The notes below the pieces were generated by a model, which was given only the letters and a program-made list of their open reading frames with translations, made no database searches and was not told the origin of the DNA. 57,487 nucleotides of DNA, taken from assembly GCA_965365245.1 (NCBI GenBank), contig CBDUAY010000001.1:1-57487 (forward strand). Direction: 5' to 3'. Numbering within the stretch: the first letter of the stretch is position 1; each line of letters opens with the position of its first letter. The DNA comes from an uncultured Flavobacteriaceae bacterium. Its GTDB lineage: Bacteria > Bacteroidota > Bacteroidia > Flavobacteriales > Flavobacteriaceae. Positions 48,808 through 57,487 of the stretch are shown here, in pieces. Both the position numbers and the translations under genes were made by a program.

Positions 48808-50346
48808 ATGAGAAAGTACATTATTGCATTTTTGTTTGTCGTTTCAGGACTCTTTTTCATCTTTTACGGTTTGTCCAAGAGAAGCAACAAGAATGTGTAT
48901 GCAGAAAATGCTTTTGCGCAGCAAGTCAAGGACTTCGACACCTTCTTCACTGGTTTTTCCGGTACGACACAAACGGAACTAATCCGTATCAGAGAAGTTT
49001 ACAATGACACCCTCCAGGTCAGGGACTCGCTACAGACTCGAAAATTTTTTCTGGATTTGTTGGACGAGTCCGACCGACTGGTCACCATTGGTTTCTTTCA
49101 AAACAATTTTAAGGTTGTTGCCCGACGTGATGGCCCGAGTCTTATCTATGCAGTTGACAGTACCTCTCAAATGGATGTCGTGCGCTGGCAACGATTTGAG
49201 AACATGAAGCAGATAAGCAGCTGGAGCGAAAGCTTTGAGGATGAAATTGAAAAGAGTGACTGGTATAGAAAACTCCTCGGTTTGAACGACCAATTCACTT
49301 GGTTCAGTCAGATTCAGACTTCAGATATCAACATACCGAAAAAGGAAAACGAGAGTATTTATTGTGGTTATTCTTATTTGGCGAAAGGTGTTAAAACCAT
49401 AATTGTCCTGGAGTTCTCCAAAGAAAGACTCCTGAGCAGCCTGGGGAGCAAGATCATAAACCTGTTTCCTGTAGTTAAGGTAAAAACGATCGATGACAGG
49501 ACCCTTGAGTTTTCACCGCCCTCTTCGCTTTCAAAAAATTACAAAGACAGTTTGGAGATCGCAATGGCGAATCATTTCAAGCGGTTCGATTCTTTGAAAA
49601 CGGGCACATTCAACTTTAGCTTTAAGAATCAGGTATACTGGAACTCATTCAGAAAATTTGAAAAAGAAACAGGTTTGAAGTATTATTTGTTCTCAGTCAA
49701 CAACAAAAATCTGTCTTCCTATACAGCTGCTAGTAAATCCAAGTGGTACCTCTGGCTGGGCATAGCGCTTCTGTTGGTCGGTATTGTTCTTTCCGCAATC
49801 CGTAAAAGATTCTTTTACAAGGCGAATCGGATGGATATGCCTACCCTTGAAAGTCTATTGAAAGATGATGAAAATCGTTTCCTCGAATTCAAATCCTCAC
49901 TGCGATGGGATTACAGGCAGGAAAAGACGAATCCTGACCTGGAAAAAGTCATTCTAAAAACATTGGCGGCATTTGGGAATACTGATGGAGGAATTCTCCT
50001 AATTGGCGTTGATGATGACAAGAACATTATTGGACTTGAGAAAGACTTTCAAAGTTTAAAGCGCCACGACGCTGATTATTACGAAATCCATCTGCGCAAT
50101 ATGTTGCATAAGGAAATGGGTGTGAAATACGTCAGCAAGCACATCCGGACTCAATTTGAAAGTTCTTCCGATGGAAAGGTCGTTTGCAAGATCAAAGTTA
50201 TCCCTGCAGATGAGCCCCAATTTCTCAAAGTAAAAGACAAGAATGGCAAGCAGGACGAAAAATTCTATGTCAGAAGCGGCAATTCGTCGCAGGAGATCGA
50301 GTCAATGGCCGAAATAAACGATTATATCAACAAAAGATTCAAATGA
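48808..50346 (+). CDS. Two-TM protein: periplasmic sensor-like domain + C-terminal Schlafen/AlbA_2 domain
   Basis: TM ~4-22 and ~313-331; ENRFLEFKSS, LAAFGNTDGGILLIGVDD, IIGL, FYVRSGNSS are AlbA_2 signatures. Confidence 0.88.
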   Translation: MRKYIIAFLFVVSGLFFIFYGLSKRSNKNVYAENAFAQQVKDFDTFFTGFSGTTQTELIRIREVYNDTLQVRDSLQTRKFFLDLLDESDRLVTIGFFQNNFKVVARRDGPSLIYAVDSTSQMDVVRWQRFENMKQISSWSESFEDEIEKSDWYRKLLGLNDQFTWFSQIQTSDINIPKKENESIYCGYSYLAKGVKTIIVLEFSKERLLSSLGSKIINLFPVVKVKTIDDRTLEFSPPSSLSKNYKDSLEIAMANHFKRFDSLKTGTFNFSFKNQVYWNSFRKFEKETGLKYYLFSVNNKNLSSYTAASKSKWYLWLGIALLLVGIVLSAIRKRFFYKANRMDMPTLESLLKDDENRFLEFKSSLRWDYRQEKTNPDLEKVILKTLAAFGNTDGGILLIGVDDDKNIIGLEKDFQSLKRHDADYYEIHLRNMLHKEMGVKYVSKHIRTQFESSSDGKVVCKIKVIPADEPQFLKVKDKNGKQDEKFYVRSGNSSQEIESMAEINDYINKRFK

Positions 50347-51431
50347 AATCTCTGCTTTTGTTATGTATGCTATTCTCCTTTCCTGCATTTGTGTTTGCCC
50401 AGGATTCATCCGCTGAGCCCGACACCATTTCTAGTGCCTATGGCGAATATATAGATGATCACAAGAAACAATTGAACGTAAAATTTGAAGTTAGCAATGA
50501 CATCAATGAATTTTTGGTTGAGGATGAAGGGGTCAACCTGAATTTAAAGCCAAATCTGAATCTGCGATACGCCTTTGTGTTCAGTTACAAATTTCTCAGC
50601 TTTCGCGTCGGATTGAGGCCTAACACAAGTAAACAAGAACAGGAGAGCAAGGGTGAGTCGGACACTTATCGCGTTCGGATCCAGCTTCTATTTGACAATT
50701 GGTCTCATTTGATTCAATACGATTATGATCGTGGTTTTTACCTGGATAACAGCAATGTCTTGTTGCCTAATACAGAAACTGCCCGAGTCCAGTTGCCATA
50801 TATGACAACCAACATTTTCTTCGGAACCTCGGTTTACAAATTCAACCCGAACTATTCGATAAGGTCCATTGAATCACAGACCGAGATTCAGACGAAAAGT
50901 GCCGGGAGTTTTGTTTTGGGTACTAGCTATAACGTTTATAAAATGGTTGGTTTGGATCGCATAAAGCTTCCGGGTGAAGAAGTCCAGAGAAGGGATGTCT
51001 CGAATGAATTCTACGGAGTGAGCCTGGCTGCAACAGGCGGATATTATTATACGTTCGTCCTGAAAAAGAGCTGGTTTTTAAATGGATTTGCTTTGCCAAG
51101 CGCTGGAATCGACATGTATCAAACGAAAACCACGGCAGGTGAACAACAGAAAACCAAACACGGCCAGGATTTTTTCGCATCTCTTGATTACGGCCTTGGG
51201 ATTGGCTACAACGGAAAGAAATTCTTTTTCGGTGGCGAAATCCGAAACAGATGGACCAATGAGAGGTTAAATGAAGACCAAATCAACATTCAGCCACAGA
51301 AAAACACATTCAGCGTTTATGCTGGATACCGTTTCAAGGCTCCTAAACCAGTCAGTAAACCAGTGGATTTGATAGAAGAAAAAGTTCCTATCCTGAAGGA
51401 TCATAACAACCAGAGGCTGAATTCATATTGA
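50343..51431 (+). CDS. Outer-membrane beta-barrel protein (DUF4421-like)
   Basis: Signal peptide, LKPN, EIQTKSAGS, GGYYYTFV, GIGYNG..FF, YAGYRFKAPK; ATGA overlap with upstream gene. Confidence 0.75.
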   Translation: MKSLLLLCMLFSFPAFVFAQDSSAEPDTISSAYGEYIDDHKKQLNVKFEVSNDINEFLVEDEGVNLNLKPNLNLRYAFVFSYKFLSFRVGLRPNTSKQEQESKGESDTYRVRIQLLFDNWSHLIQYDYDRGFYLDNSNVLLPNTETARVQLPYMTTNIFFGTSVYKFNPNYSIRSIESQTEIQTKSAGSFVLGTSYNVYKMVGLDRIKLPGEEVQRRDVSNEFYGVSLAATGGYYYTFVLKKSWFLNGFALPSAGIDMYQTKTTAGEQQKTKHGQDFFASLDYGLGIGYNGKKFFFGGEIRNRWTNERLNEDQINIQPQKNTFSVYAGYRFKAPKPVSKPVDLIEEKVPILKDHNNQRLNSY

Positions 51432-51452
51432 CTCAACTAACCCTGTCAATTA

Positions 51453-53012
51453 TTATTTAGCCACATTGACGACCCGGGTTTCACGAATTACCGTGACTCT
51501 GACCTGCCCCGGATAGGTCATGTCATTTTGTATCTTCTGCGTGATATTGAAACCGAGTTCAGCTGCTTTGGTGTCGTCTACCTTTTCACTCTCAACAATG
51601 ACCCTCAATTCACGTCCTGCCTGGATAGCATAAGCCTTTTGAACCCCGTTAAATGAAAAGGCGACATCCTCGAGCTCTTTCAAGCGCTGGATGTAAGAAT
51701 CCACAACCTGCCTTCTCGCTCCGGGTCTTGCACCGGAAATCGCGTCGCAAACCTGGACAATTGGCGCATAGAGCGATTTCATCTCAATTTCGTCATGGTG
51801 AGCCCCTATGGCATTGCAAACGTCCGGTTTCTCGCCGTATTTTTCAGCCCACTGCATACCCATGATCGCGTGTGGAAGCTCTGAGTCAGTATCGGGCACT
51901 TTCCCTATGTCATGCAGCAATCCCGCCCGTTTTGCCACTTTGGCATTCAGGCCAAGCTCGGCGGCCATGACAGCACACAGGTTTGCCACTTCCCGGGAGT
52001 GTTGCAGGAGATTTTGGCCATAGGAAGACCTGTATTTCATGCGCCCCACCGTTTTTATCAATTCCGGGTGTAGCCCGTGGATTCCTAAATCGATGACCGC
52101 CCTCTTACCTACTTCGGCAATTTCCTCGTTGATTTCTTTTGTGGTTTTTGCCACAATCTCTTCAATCCTGGCAGGGTGAATCCTGCCGTCTGTAACCAGC
52201 TTGTGCAATGACAAACGAGCTATCTCCCTCCGAACCGGATCAAAACATGACAAAATGATCGCCTCAGGCGTGTCATCCACAATGATCTCAACTCCTGTAG
52301 TCGACTCGAGTGCGCGGATATTTCGCCCCTCGCGTCCGATGATACGTCCTTTTACGTCATCGTTCTCCAGGTTGAAAACCGAAACGCAATTGTCGATCGT
52401 CTGCTCCACTCCTATTCTCTGGATGGTATTGAGCACAATTTTTTTCGCTTCCTGCTGTGCTCCCAATTTCGCTTCCTCCAGGGTGCTCTGAATAAAACTC
52501 ATAGCGTCTGTCTTGGCTTCTTCCTTCAAGGATTCTACCAGTTCTTTCTTAGCCTCCTCAGCCGAGAGCCCTGTCAGGGTTTCCAACTGCTCAACCTGTC
52601 TTTTGTGGAGCTTTTCAATTTCCGCATTCTTCTTCTCTATCTGCTCTAACCGGTAATTCAACTGTTTGTTTTTCTCCTCCAGGTTCTTGTTCAATTTCTT
52701 TCCTTTGTCCAACTCCTGAGAGACACGGGATTCCTTGTCACGGATTCGCTTTTCGGCTTCTCCTATCTTCTTGTCTCTCGAAAGAATGACTTTTTCATGC
52801 TCTGACTTGAGCTCTATGAACTTTTCTTTAGCCTGAAGAATTTTGTCTTTCTTGATCCCCTCTGCCTCAATTTTTGCCTCTTTCAGTATGGTCGCTGCCT
52901 GTTCCTGCACATTTTTCAGGGTCGAGGACGCCTTTTTCTTTTCAAGTACTTTGGCGATGAAATAACCCAGAACCAGGGCTACGATCGCTATTGTTATAGT
53001 GGTTGCCATCAT
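51453..53012 (-). CDS. rny: Ribonuclease Y
   Basis: N-terminal TM, coiled coil, KH motif [15 protein letters not shown] motif LLHDIGK. Confidence 0.97.
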   Translation of the reverse strand: MMATTITIAIVALVLGYFIAKVLEKKKASSTLKNVQEQAATILKEAKIEAEGIKKDKILQAKEKFIELKSEHEKVILSRDKKIGEAEKRIRDKESRVSQELDKGKKLNKNLEEKNKQLNYRLEQIEKKNAEIEKLHKRQVEQLETLTGLSAEEAKKELVESLKEEAKTDAMSFIQSTLEEAKLGAQQEAKKIVLNTIQRIGVEQTIDNCVSVFNLENDDVKGRIIGREGRNIRALESTTGVEIIVDDTPEAIILSCFDPVRREIARLSLHKLVTDGRIHPARIEEIVAKTTKEINEEIAEVGKRAVIDLGIHGLHPELIKTVGRMKYRSSYGQNLLQHSREVANLCAVMAAELGLNAKVAKRAGLLHDIGKVPDTDSELPHAIMGMQWAEKYGEKPDVCNAIGAHHDEIEMKSLYAPIVQVCDAISGARPGARRQVVDSYIQRLKELEDVAFSFNGVQKAYAIQAGRELRVIVESEKVDDTKAAELGFNITQKIQNDMTYPGQVRVTVIRETRVVNVAK

Positions 53013-53032
53013 GACTTTTATGTATAAAAAAA

Positions 53033-53206
53033 GCCTACATCGGTTACGGTTTTGTAAACTCCTGTTAACAAGTTTAGGACTAACTTAAAGGTCAAGTATC
53101 CAATTCTATCGCGATAAATCGCTTAAATAGGCACGCTTTCACTAAAAAAACTCATCCTTTTTAAATTGATAGTGTTGAGTTTATTAAACAAATAACTAAT
53201 GTAGGC
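53033..53206 (-). ncRNA. ssrS: 6S RNA (Flavobacteria type)
   Basis: ~174-nt ORF-free gap between zapA and rny (the usual location); ends pair (GCCTACAT 53033-53040 / ATGTAGGC 53199-53206), inner pairing TAAACTC/GAGTTTA, T run after the 3' end on minus strand. Confidence 0.82.
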
Positions 53207-53230
53207 AGTAATTGTTTTCTTTTAAAGAAC

Positions 53231-53527
53231 TTATTCCAGGTGTGAATCGAGCATACTGCTCAAATCTCTTAATTTATTTTCCACCTGTTCTGATACGACA
53301 TTCTCCTGTACCGACTTCACTTCTTGTGCCGACGCGAATTGCAACGCACACATGGCCAATACATCTTGTTTGTCTCTCACTTCATAATTTTGTTCAAACT
53401 TCTTGACCAGATCATTGATTTTCTTGACAGCCGCCCTGATTCCTTCTTCTTCACTTTCGTCTCTTATGGTTAACGGATAGACTCTGTCGCCTATGGTAAC
53501 TTTAATTCTAAGACTATTTATCATCAT
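53231..53527 (-). CDS. zapA: Cell division protein ZapA
   Basis: IKVTIGDRVYPL, EEEGIRAA, DKQDVLAMCAL. Confidence 0.92.
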   Translation of the reverse strand: MMINSLRIKVTIGDRVYPLTIRDESEEEGIRAAVKKINDLVKKFEQNYEVRDKQDVLAMCALQFASAQEVKSVQENVVSEQVENKLRDLSSMLDSHLE

Positions 53528-53531
53528 TCTC

Positions 53532-53822
53532 TTAATCGCTTAATTCTACGATACATTTATCAATCTCTCGAATCAGTGCGTTGATCTTAAGCTTGGTCAT
53601 ATGTTTGTCTTCTTTGCTGCCTACCATGGTTCGAGCTACTCTCAGGGATTCGTACTGGTTTTCCAGGTTTTCGATCTTAGCCTGTCTGCTCGCCACTTCC
53701 TGTTGAAGCCCTTTGTTCTCTTGCAAAAGCTTGTCATATTTCTCCTGCAGTACTGTCTGGCGCTCAATCAATTTAGATATTTTCGCTTCCAGGCCATTGA
53801 CTATTTCAAACAAATCGTGCAT
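53532..53822 (-). CDS. Coiled-coil protein upstream of zapA (ZapB-like)
   Basis: Heptad pattern, C-terminal KLKINALIREIDKCI; -7 box TAAATTTG 53849-53856 on minus strand. Confidence 0.8.
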   Translation of the reverse strand: MHDLFEIVNGLEAKISKLIERQTVLQEKYDKLLQENKGLQQEVASRQAKIENLENQYESLRVARTMVGSKEDKHMTKLKINALIREIDKCIVELSD

Positions 53823-53939
53823 CAACTCAAAGAATCAAACTGTTCGAACAAATTTAGTATACCTGATCCTATAAAACAACTATTTTGGCATAATTCACCA
53901 TTTTTTTCTATCACTTTGAATTCCTATTTTAGCGCAATT

Positions 53940-55637
53940 ATGCGCGAAATCCTCCTGTCTTTTTGTTGTCTGTTTTTTCTGAACAATGTCCTGGCTCAAA
54001 CGGATCATCCCAAGGATTATTTCATCAATCCAATGGAGATTCCCCTTGTCCTGTCAGGTACTTTTGGCGAATTGAGAACGAATCATTTTCACGCTGGCCT
54101 GGACATCAAGACCCAACAGAGAGAAGGCATTTCTGTCAAGGCGACGGCTGACGGGTACATCTCCCGAATCAACGTTTCCCTTTGGGGATACGGCAATGCT
54201 TTGTATATAACGCATCCAAACGGATATACTACTGTCTATGGGCATTTGAAGGAGTTCTCTCCGGAGATTGACGCTTACGTCAGAAAAAAACAATACGAAA
54301 AAGAGAGTTATACGATCCGACTCTACCCAAAAGCAGGCGAGTTGCCGGTCTCCCAGGGTCAGACCATTGCCCTGAGCGGGAATTCCGGAAGCTCCGGAGG
54401 ACCTCATTTGCACTATGAGATAAGAGATGTCAAACAGGACATACTGAATCCTTTTGATTTCGGTCTTGAAATACCGGATCACAAAAATCCTTCGATACAA
54501 GCTGCTTTCGCTTACAGCAGAAATGACAGCTCACAGGTGAACCAGTCGAACAAAGTCGTGCAACTGGTCATCAACAGAAAACTGGATGGAGATCTTCAGG
54601 CCAACACCATATATGCCCATGGGGAAATAGGTTTTGGAATCAACGCCTATGATCGTCTTGACGGAGCCTTGAATAGAAACGGACTCTACCAGCTGGATAT
54701 GAGTGTGAATGGAAAGGAAGTGTTCCAATTCAAAGCAGATAAATTCGCGTTCAGCGAGTCTCGATGGATAAACTCCTACATTGATTATGAGCGCCTTGCA
54801 CGTCTCAGGCAACGTGTGCAAAAATGTTTCCTGGACCATGAGCAAAACAAGCTGAGCCTGTATAAGAAAATCAAAGATCAAGGCGTAGTCAATGTCAAAG
54901 ACAGCACAGAATACGAGGTGGTCGTAACGGCCCGGGATTATGAAGGGAATTTCACCCGTCTCATTATTCCCGTAGTGGGAAAAAAGGATACGATTATTGC
55001 ACGTACCACCACTGAGAAAACACCCTATTACTTCAAATCGGGGGAGATCAACCAGATCAAAGACTCCATGATCACCGCTTATTTTCCTAAAAATATTTTT
55101 TACGAGGACTTCTATTTTGACTACAGCTATGACAACGGGGTCGCCAAGCTGCATAATTCAAGTGTTCCCGTACACAATTATTTCAAATTGACCTTTGACG
55201 TCACCAAGGTCCCCAAAGAAGAATTGAAACAGACCTATATAGCCAAGAAGAATCGACATGGCAAGTGGTATTACGTAAGCACAAAGAAAAAGGAGAATAC
55301 ATTATACACTTCTAGCAAAACTTTAGGAGAGTTTACTTTAAAAACTGATAATGAAGCTCCCAAGATAAGTCCAGTTGGATTTAAGGAAGGACAGTGGCTC
55401 ACAAAATACAACCAATTGAGGGTAAAGATCTACGACAAGGGGTCGGGAATAAAATCCTTTCGAGGTGAATTGGACGGCTCCTGGATCAGGATGGCTTTCA
55501 ATCCAAAGAATGGAACTCTCACCTATGATTTTAGTGACCGGGAGCTCACAGGTACCGAGCACCACCTGAAAGTTGTGGTTGTGGACAATGTGAACAACAA
55601 AACCACGTTTGAAACTAAATTCAACAAGAAAAACTAA
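53940..55637 (+). CDS. M23-family peptidase
   Basis: Signal peptide from ATG 53940; HFHAGLD, YGHL, GPHLHYE. Confidence 0.92.
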   Translation: MREILLSFCCLFFLNNVLAQTDHPKDYFINPMEIPLVLSGTFGELRTNHFHAGLDIKTQQREGISVKATADGYISRINVSLWGYGNALYITHPNGYTTVYGHLKEFSPEIDAYVRKKQYEKESYTIRLYPKAGELPVSQGQTIALSGNSGSSGGPHLHYEIRDVKQDILNPFDFGLEIPDHKNPSIQAAFAYSRNDSSQVNQSNKVVQLVINRKLDGDLQANTIYAHGEIGFGINAYDRLDGALNRNGLYQLDMSVNGKEVFQFKADKFAFSESRWINSYIDYERLARLRQRVQKCFLDHEQNKLSLYKKIKDQGVVNVKDSTEYEVVVTARDYEGNFTRLIIPVVGKKDTIIARTTTEKTPYYFKSGEINQIKDSMITAYFPKNIFYEDFYFDYSYDNGVAKLHNSSVPVHNYFKLTFDVTKVPKEELKQTYIAKKNRHGKWYYVSTKKKENTLYTSSKTLGEFTLKTDNEAPKISPVGFKEGQWLTKYNQLRVKIYDKGSGIKSFRGELDGSWIRMAFNPKNGTLTYDFSDRELTGTEHHLKVVVVDNVNNKTTFETKFNKKN

Positions 55638-55650
55638 CGTTCAGAAATCT

Positions 55651-57487
55651 TTGAAGGCAAAACTCCTCCCCTTTCTTGTTCTTTATCTGATTATCCAGGG
55701 ACTGTCAGCACAGGAATCGATTATCAGAGGAAGAGTAACCGACAGCATCAATCAGCCTATTGAGAATGTCTCTGTTACGGTAAATGACCGGGGTACGGTC
55801 ACCGATTCCGACGGGCGCTATGAACTGAAGGTGGTTGGTGACAAGCGAGTTGTAATCGTCTTTAGGCACATTTCCTATAAAATACTGACAAGAAGCTTCA
55901 GTCTTCAGCGTGGCAAGACAATGAACTTCTCTCCCCGCTTGTACCTGCGAGCTGAAGAAATGACTGAAATCGTCTTGAAGGATGCTGATGATGTTGACGC
56001 CGAAGGAATTTTCAGGGCAGACCCTGCCCTTGCCAAGAGTCTTCCGTCTGCCAATCCGGGGATTGAAAGTGTTTTAAAGACCTTGCCCGGGGTAAACTTC
56101 AACAATGAGCTGAGCACCCAGTACAATGTGCGAGGCGGAAGCTTCGAGGAGAATCTGGTTTACGTCAACGGGATCGAGGTTTATCGTCCTTTCCTGGTTC
56201 GATCCGGTCAACAGGAAGGGCTCAGCTTTGTAAATCCTGACATGACACAGAAGGTCGAGTTCAGCTCTGGTGGCTTTCAATCCAAATATGGAGACAAAAT
56301 GTCTTCAGTTCTCGACATCACATACAAAAAACCTCAAAGGTTCTCCACACGAATAGAAGCCAGCTTTCTCGGAGCGTCGGCTACGGTTGAAGGGCTATCG
56401 AAGAATCAGCGCTTCAAAGCTCTCGTGGGAGCGCGATACAGAAACAATTCCCTTCTGCTCAACAGCACCGATGTAAATGCCAACTTCAATCCGAATTTCA
56501 CCGATATTCAGACTTTTCTCTCGTATGACCTGACTCCGAAACTCTCTCTAGACTTCCTGGGTTCTTATGCTGTTAATAATTATGAAGTAACCCCTGTTTC
56601 TCGTCGCACTAATTTTGGAACTCTCAACGAACCCCTGTCAGTGGTGGTCAACTACCAGGGCAAGGAGGAGGACCGTTATGAAACGGTCTTGGGAGCTCTG
56701 ACTGCTCGATATGAAGCCACGGATAACTTGTCCCTGACGCTGACTGCCTCAACCTATCAAACCAAGGAACAGGAATACTACGACATACTTTCGTTTTACA
56801 GCCTGGGTGACGTCAACAGCGACTTCGAATCTGGTGATTTCGGGCAAGCTTCTTCTGTTCAATCCATTGGTTCTCAACTGGATCATGCAAGAAATGACCT
56901 GATTGCCACTATAAGCAACATCCGCGCAACAACTGCCTGGGCCAAGGGTAACCATCTTGTTGAGGCAGGTCTGAAATATCAGCGAGAGAACATCAAAGAC
57001 AGGATTGACGAATGGCAAGTAGTCGATTCCTCTGGCTTCTCCCTGAGACCGCCCGGGGTTTTGCCACGCAACGACCAACCCTACGAGCCTTACACAGGTC
57101 CTCTAACTCCTTTTATCGGGATCAATGCAGAGAATGACGTAGACATTGAAAGAATTTCAGGATTTGCCCAATGGAGTAAAAAATCCTTCATAGGCAATCA
57201 CAGGGTGTGGTTCAATTTGGGACTGCGGGCACAGCACTGGACAGTGAGCGGAAATGGGCTCGAAACAACCAGTCACACCGTTGTCAGTCCTAGAGCCCAG
57301 TTCAGCATCAAACCCGATTGGGACAAGGACATGCTCTTCCGGGTATCAGGTGGTTATTACCACCAACCACCGTTTTACAGGGAGCTGAGGGATTCCCTCG
57401 GCACAGTTCACCCGGAAGTCAAAGCACAGCAGGCCATTCACATCGTTGTCGGAAACGACTACAGCTTCTCGCTTTGGGGGCGCCCCT
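55651..57487 (+). CDS. TonB-dependent receptor, 3' end beyond window
   Basis: Read by hand (absent from ORF track, no stop in window): TTG start, signal peptide, GTVTDSDGRY, plug KTLPGV...YNVRGGSFEENLVYVNGIEVYRP. Confidence 0.88.
   Translation, partial: MKAKLLPFLVLYLIIQGLSAQESIIRGRVTDSINQPIENVSVTVNDRGTVTDSDGRYELKVVGDKRVVIVFRHISYKILTRSFSLQRGKTMNFSPRLYLRAEEMTEIVLKDADDVDAEGIFRADPALAKSLPSANPGIESVLKTLPGVNFNNELSTQYNVRGGSFEENLVYVNGIEVYRPFLVRSGQQEGLSFVNPDMTQKVEFSSGGFQSKYGDKMSSVLDITYKKPQRFSTRIEASFLGASATVEGLSKNQRFKALVGARYRNNSLLLNSTDVNANFNPNFTDIQTFLSYDLTPKLSLDFLGSYAVNNYEVTPVSRRTNFGTLNEPLSVVVNYQGKEEDRYETVLGALTARYEATDNLSLTLTASTYQTKEQEYYDILSFYSLGDVNSDFESGDFGQASSVQSIGSQLDHARNDLIATISNIRATTAWAKGNHLVEAGLKYQRENIKDRIDEWQVVDSSGFSLRPPGVLPRNDQPYEPYTGPLTPFIGINAENDVDIERISGFAQWSKKSFIGNHRVWFNLGLRAQHWTVSGNGLETTSHTVVSPRAQFSIKPDWDKDMLFRVSGGYYHQPPFYRELRDSLGTVHPEVKAQQAIHIVVGNDYSFSLWGRP

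Noticed and set aside
48566-49007. Riboswitch/sRNA in the 242-bp gap before the Schlafen gene, and ORF 48708..49007
   Set aside because: No recognisable aptamer or strong stem by eye; the ORF overlaps the Schlafen gene out of frame and starts upstream of its promoter box. A covariance search could still find something.
53601-53939. 113-aa N-terminal extension of the M23 peptidase
   Set aside because: Antisense to the zapB-like gene and spans the divergent promoter; the signal peptide starts at 53940.
11435-55154. Long antisense or alternate-frame ORFs (e.g. 11435..11986, 17398..18012, 25372..26037, 34795..35463, 45280..45858, 54531..55154)
   Set aside because: They lie within well-supported genes on the other strand and show no motifs; typical shadow ORFs.

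Overview
A gene-dense stretch of a Bacteroidota (Flavobacteriaceae-like) chromosome. The assignment rests on the fused lpxC-fabZ, porX, the zapA-6S RNA-rny order and many TAnnTTTG -7 promoter boxes. Most of it is core genome: fabG, sucD, lpxD x2, efp, lpxA, lpxC/fabZ, porX, serC, serA, holA, mltF, a split transketolase, clpB, ppc, smpB, maf, rny, zapA, an M23 peptidase and a TonB-dependent receptor that runs off the end. Three parts look accessory: (1) three tandem 48-bp hairpin repeats followed by a LacI / MFS / PfkB / GH13_18 phosphorylase sugar locus (1-5255); (2) a TetR-ABC1 kinase-flavin reductase-folE-atypical SDR cluster (5369-9436); (3) a block of envelope genes (46662-51431). The third block holds the best candidate for an undescribed system: a two-TM protein with a ~290-aa periplasmic, possibly Cache-like sensor domain fused to a cytoplasmic Schlafen/AlbA_2 domain whose catalytic acidic residues appear intact, overlapping a downstream outer-membrane beta-barrel gene. 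No rRNA, complete tRNA, integrase, transposase or CRISPR array was seen. All calls are from reading motifs by eye; no searches were run.
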